A DNA stretch of 64,000 nucleotides from Macrostomum lignano (taxonomy: Eukaryota): assembly GCA_002269645.1 (NCBI GenBank), contig NIVC01000921.1, positions 186,001-250,000 on the forward strand, given 5' to 3'. The notes under the pieces were generated by a model, which was not told the DNA's origin, did no database searches, and saw only the letters and a list, made by a program, of their open reading frames with translations. The first letter of the stretch is position 1. The number at the start of each line of letters is the position of its first letter. Shown here piece by piece: positions 61,226 through 64,000 of this stretch. A program made the position numbers and the translations under genes.

Positions 61226-62909
61226 GACGAGTTTCAATTTGGTTTCACGTTGTTTCACCCGTTTTGGGGATGTTGGGATATATTTAGATAGGCTTTATCA
61301 TGATTTTTATTTTCCTGAATTCAGGATCATTGTTCATGAGTTTCTACAATTTCTCTTCAAATCGAAATCTTCAGGAAGAAAACAAACAAACTTTCTGGCG
61401 TATATTTTAATAAAGCCGAAAGTTTTGTTACTCGAAAAACTGCCATTATGCTACTTTCCATTAGTATTCGGTCTTTATTTTCGGTACAGCCCCTGGTAAT
61501 ACTAGAATTTGCTCGAAGCAGCAAAAAAGTTTCAGGATTAAGTGCCTGTTGTGTGAGCGAGTGACCAAGTCCTAATCCGTTAGGGCTTGGAGTAAACCCC
61601 GTTGACTCAGCATAGCTCCCTCACGTGACTCACCCCCTGTTCTGCCTCTGTCTAGCGCTCTCCCGGGCAAGCCCAGCTCAGGCCCTAGCGACAATGCAAA
61701 AAAGCAAAGCCAAAGCCGCATCCCTGTAAACTGGGAAGCCTCCCAGCCTCCTTCCTATCTCTTTGCCTGGGTCTCCTCCCCACTGCCTTTCTTCTCTTGG
61801 CTCCCTCCCATTCCTCCTTGCTGTGTTTTTCTTCCTCCCATCGCTCGCGCGCGGGGCGCGGAGCGGAGGAAATGGGGGGAAGGCGGCGGGGGGAGGGTTG
61901 CGGTCGGGCAAGCAACTCCGCGGCGATGCGTTTTTTACGAGATGAAGAAGAGGAGAGGCTGGGCCTGGGAGAGAGATAGGATTTGCAGGGGTCGGGAACA
62001 GTGCTGGGGATCTGAGTCACGATTGCTGAGCAGTCCAGGCAGTAGAGGGAGGGGAATTGAAAGAAGCTCCGTCTTCTCCTTCTTTTTCCGCTCCGTCTTC
62101 CTAGTCGTCATCCGCTTTTATCTTCTTGGCTATCGCCTGTTCTCTGATTGCATTTTCTGCCGAGCCGCTCCCAGGGCAAGAGAGAATAAAGAAGGCGACC
62201 CCCCTGAAGCCCTCTGGCGCGCCCGACTCTTCGATCTTGAGGGAGCAGTTTTGACTTTTTTTACTTGAGCAGCGAGCCCGACTCTTTTTACTTCGAAGCT
62301 TCGAGGGCGATTAGATGGAGAGAGAGAGAGAGAGAGAGAGAGAAATGAGGGGCGGGACAGAAAGATGGAGAGTTGAGATGCTGAGGCTGGATGAGGCCTG
62401 GGTGAAAGCTTTGTTTAGGTTTGAGCTTATTCGACCCCCCCACCCAACCCAATCGCCGTCCCAAATCCCACAGGCCTAATCGCGGATAACGGTTGCCAAG
62501 AGGTTTCCGGTTGCTGGGATCGAATCGGGGATTTGGATGAGGAAGTGACTGAGAGCGGCAGCGCTGAGATGGAGAAATCTGGCGCCAGTCCCACAGGGTG
62601 AGCCTGCTCAAGCGTGAGACAGACGTCACGTGCTGCGGCGGGATGGTTCGAATTTTCTGAGCATTGTCCCGAATCGAGCATGCAGCATGCAGCTCGGAGC
62701 AGCAAGGTCTCTGAACCGGCGCAAAGTCTCAGAATTCGCTGTTGGGTTGGTCGGATTATATCTCGGCTCGTTCCTTGCTGCTCAAGTGAGCACATCATAA
62801 AAGAGTCAATCTTTAAAGAGAGCTCATATATCCTCTATTTTGTGACTCCTAAAACTCAGTTAGGACAAAATGGATGACGAATAGTTTAGGCGTTATAGAA
62901 CTTATTGTC

Positions 62910-64000
62910 TGTGAAGTTTAGGATTTGTGAAGTTTAGGATTTGTGAAGTTTAGGATTTGTGAAGTTTAGGGTCTGTGAAGTTTGGGGTCTATGAAGTTTG
63001 GGGTGTGTGAAGTTTAGGGTCTTGAAGTTTGGGGTGTGTGAAGTTTAGGGTCTTGAAGTTTGGGGTGTGTTAAGTTTAGGGTTTGTGAAGTTTAGGGTCT
63101 GTGAAGTTTGGGGTGTGTGAAGTTTAGGGTCTGTGAAGTTTGGGGTCTATGAAGTTTGGGGTGTGTGAAGTTTAGGGTCTTGAAGTTTGGGGTGTGTGAA
63201 GTTTAGGGTCTTGAAGTTTGGGGTGTGTGAAGTTTAGGGTTTGTGAAGTTTAGGGTCTATGAAGTTTGGGGTTTGTGAAGTTTAGGGTCTTGAAGTTTGG
63301 GGTGTGTTAAGTTTAGGGTTTGTGAAGTTTAGGGTCTGTGAAGTTTGGGGTGTGTGAAGTTTAGGGTTTGTGAAGTTTAGGGTCTATGAAGTTTGAGGTG
63401 TGTGAAGTTTAGGGTCTTGAAGTTTGGGGTGTGTGAAGTTTAGGGTCTGTGAAGTTTGGGGTGTGTGAAGTTTAGGGTCTGTGAAGTTTGGGGTGTGTGA
63501 AGTTTAGGGTCTGTGAAGTTTAGGGTTTGTGAAGTTTAGGGTCTGTGAAGTTTAGCATTTGTGAAGTTTAAGGTTTGTGAAGTTTAGGGTTTGTGAGGTT
63601 TAGGGTTTTTTTATTTTTTTTTTTAGAGGCAGGGGGGTTGTGTGCACCCTGGCGCAATTTAAGCGATATTGGCACACAACCGGCGAGAGGCATTACTGCC
63701 CATTCCGCCGACTCCCCTGAGCAGGCATACAAGCGCGCGGATACGTACGCAGGCACACACTCACACAGGAGTGTACAGCGGCCCTAACTTTATTTTATCG
63801 TTAGGCATGTACACTTTACTGCGCCTTGGGGGGTTGGCTCTCAAGGCCGTTAATTGCACGAGCAGAGCCAAGCCGAGATTCCAAATCAGCCCCAAATTAA
63901 TGTGACTGCACTTGGAATCGAGCCTGGGTCGCTGGCACACCAGAGCAGCTGCGCTACCGCTGGGCTACGGCCCCCCTCTGAGGTTTAGGGTTTGTGAAGT
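62910..64000. repeat. ~19-bp minisatellite (TGTGAAGTTTAGGGTC/T)n, interrupted by a SINE
   Basis: Array 62910-63608, resumes at 63979. Confidence 0.93.
63609..63978 (-). mobile_element. tRNA-derived SINE with poly(A) tail and TSD
   Basis: On -: A-box TAGCCCAGCGG, B-box GGCTCGATTCC, 3' A-rich tail; 15-bp TSD TGAGGTTTAGGGTTT at 63594-63608 and 63979-63993. Confidence 0.88.

Noticed and set aside
62580-62600. TGGCGCC... as an LTR primer-binding site
   Set aside because: Not preceded by a CA LTR end, no clear tRNA match, no gag downstream.
63900-63978. tRNA gene
   Set aside because: A/B boxes are present but there is no full cloverleaf; followed by a SINE body, poly(A) and TSD.

Overview
Eukaryotic, intron-rich, extremely repeat-rich genomic DNA. 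GC-rich exons with poly-Q/poly-A runs, minisatellite-filled introns and a two-domain small HSP suggest a free-living flatworm such as Macrostomum (inference). Six host genes can be reconstructed from splice sites and protein motifs: (1) an FLVCR/SLC49-type MFS transporter (-, first two exons); (2) a ~391-aa pseudokinase + C-terminal death-fold gene (-) whose last exon is split by a 2.9-kb TIR transposon with an 8-bp TSD; (3) a clockwork-orange-like bHLH-Orange factor (+); (4) an MBOAT1/2 (oysgedart)-like acyltransferase (-); (5) a two-alpha-crystallin-domain small HSP (-); (6) a DUF4139/F37C4.5-like gene (-, 3' exons). Mobile DNA includes an intact Ingi-like LINE, a decayed RTE LINE, Gypsy and BEL/Pao remnants, hAT/P-like, MULE and Tc1/mariner derivatives, tRNA-derived SINEs and a Penelope-type hammerhead. 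Best candidate for a new system: the intact LINE sits in frame in the poly-Q linker of the sHSP. This gives one 1681-aa ORF (alpha-crystallin domain, 2A-like motif, 3 PHD-like fingers, APE, RT, RNase H) directly behind a TATA box and two perfect heat-shock elements, i.e. a potentially heat-inducible retrotransposon cassette. Second candidate: the transposon in the pseudokinase-death-domain gene carries phase-matched splice sites that could remove it as a new intron. All domain calls are by eye; no database searches were run.
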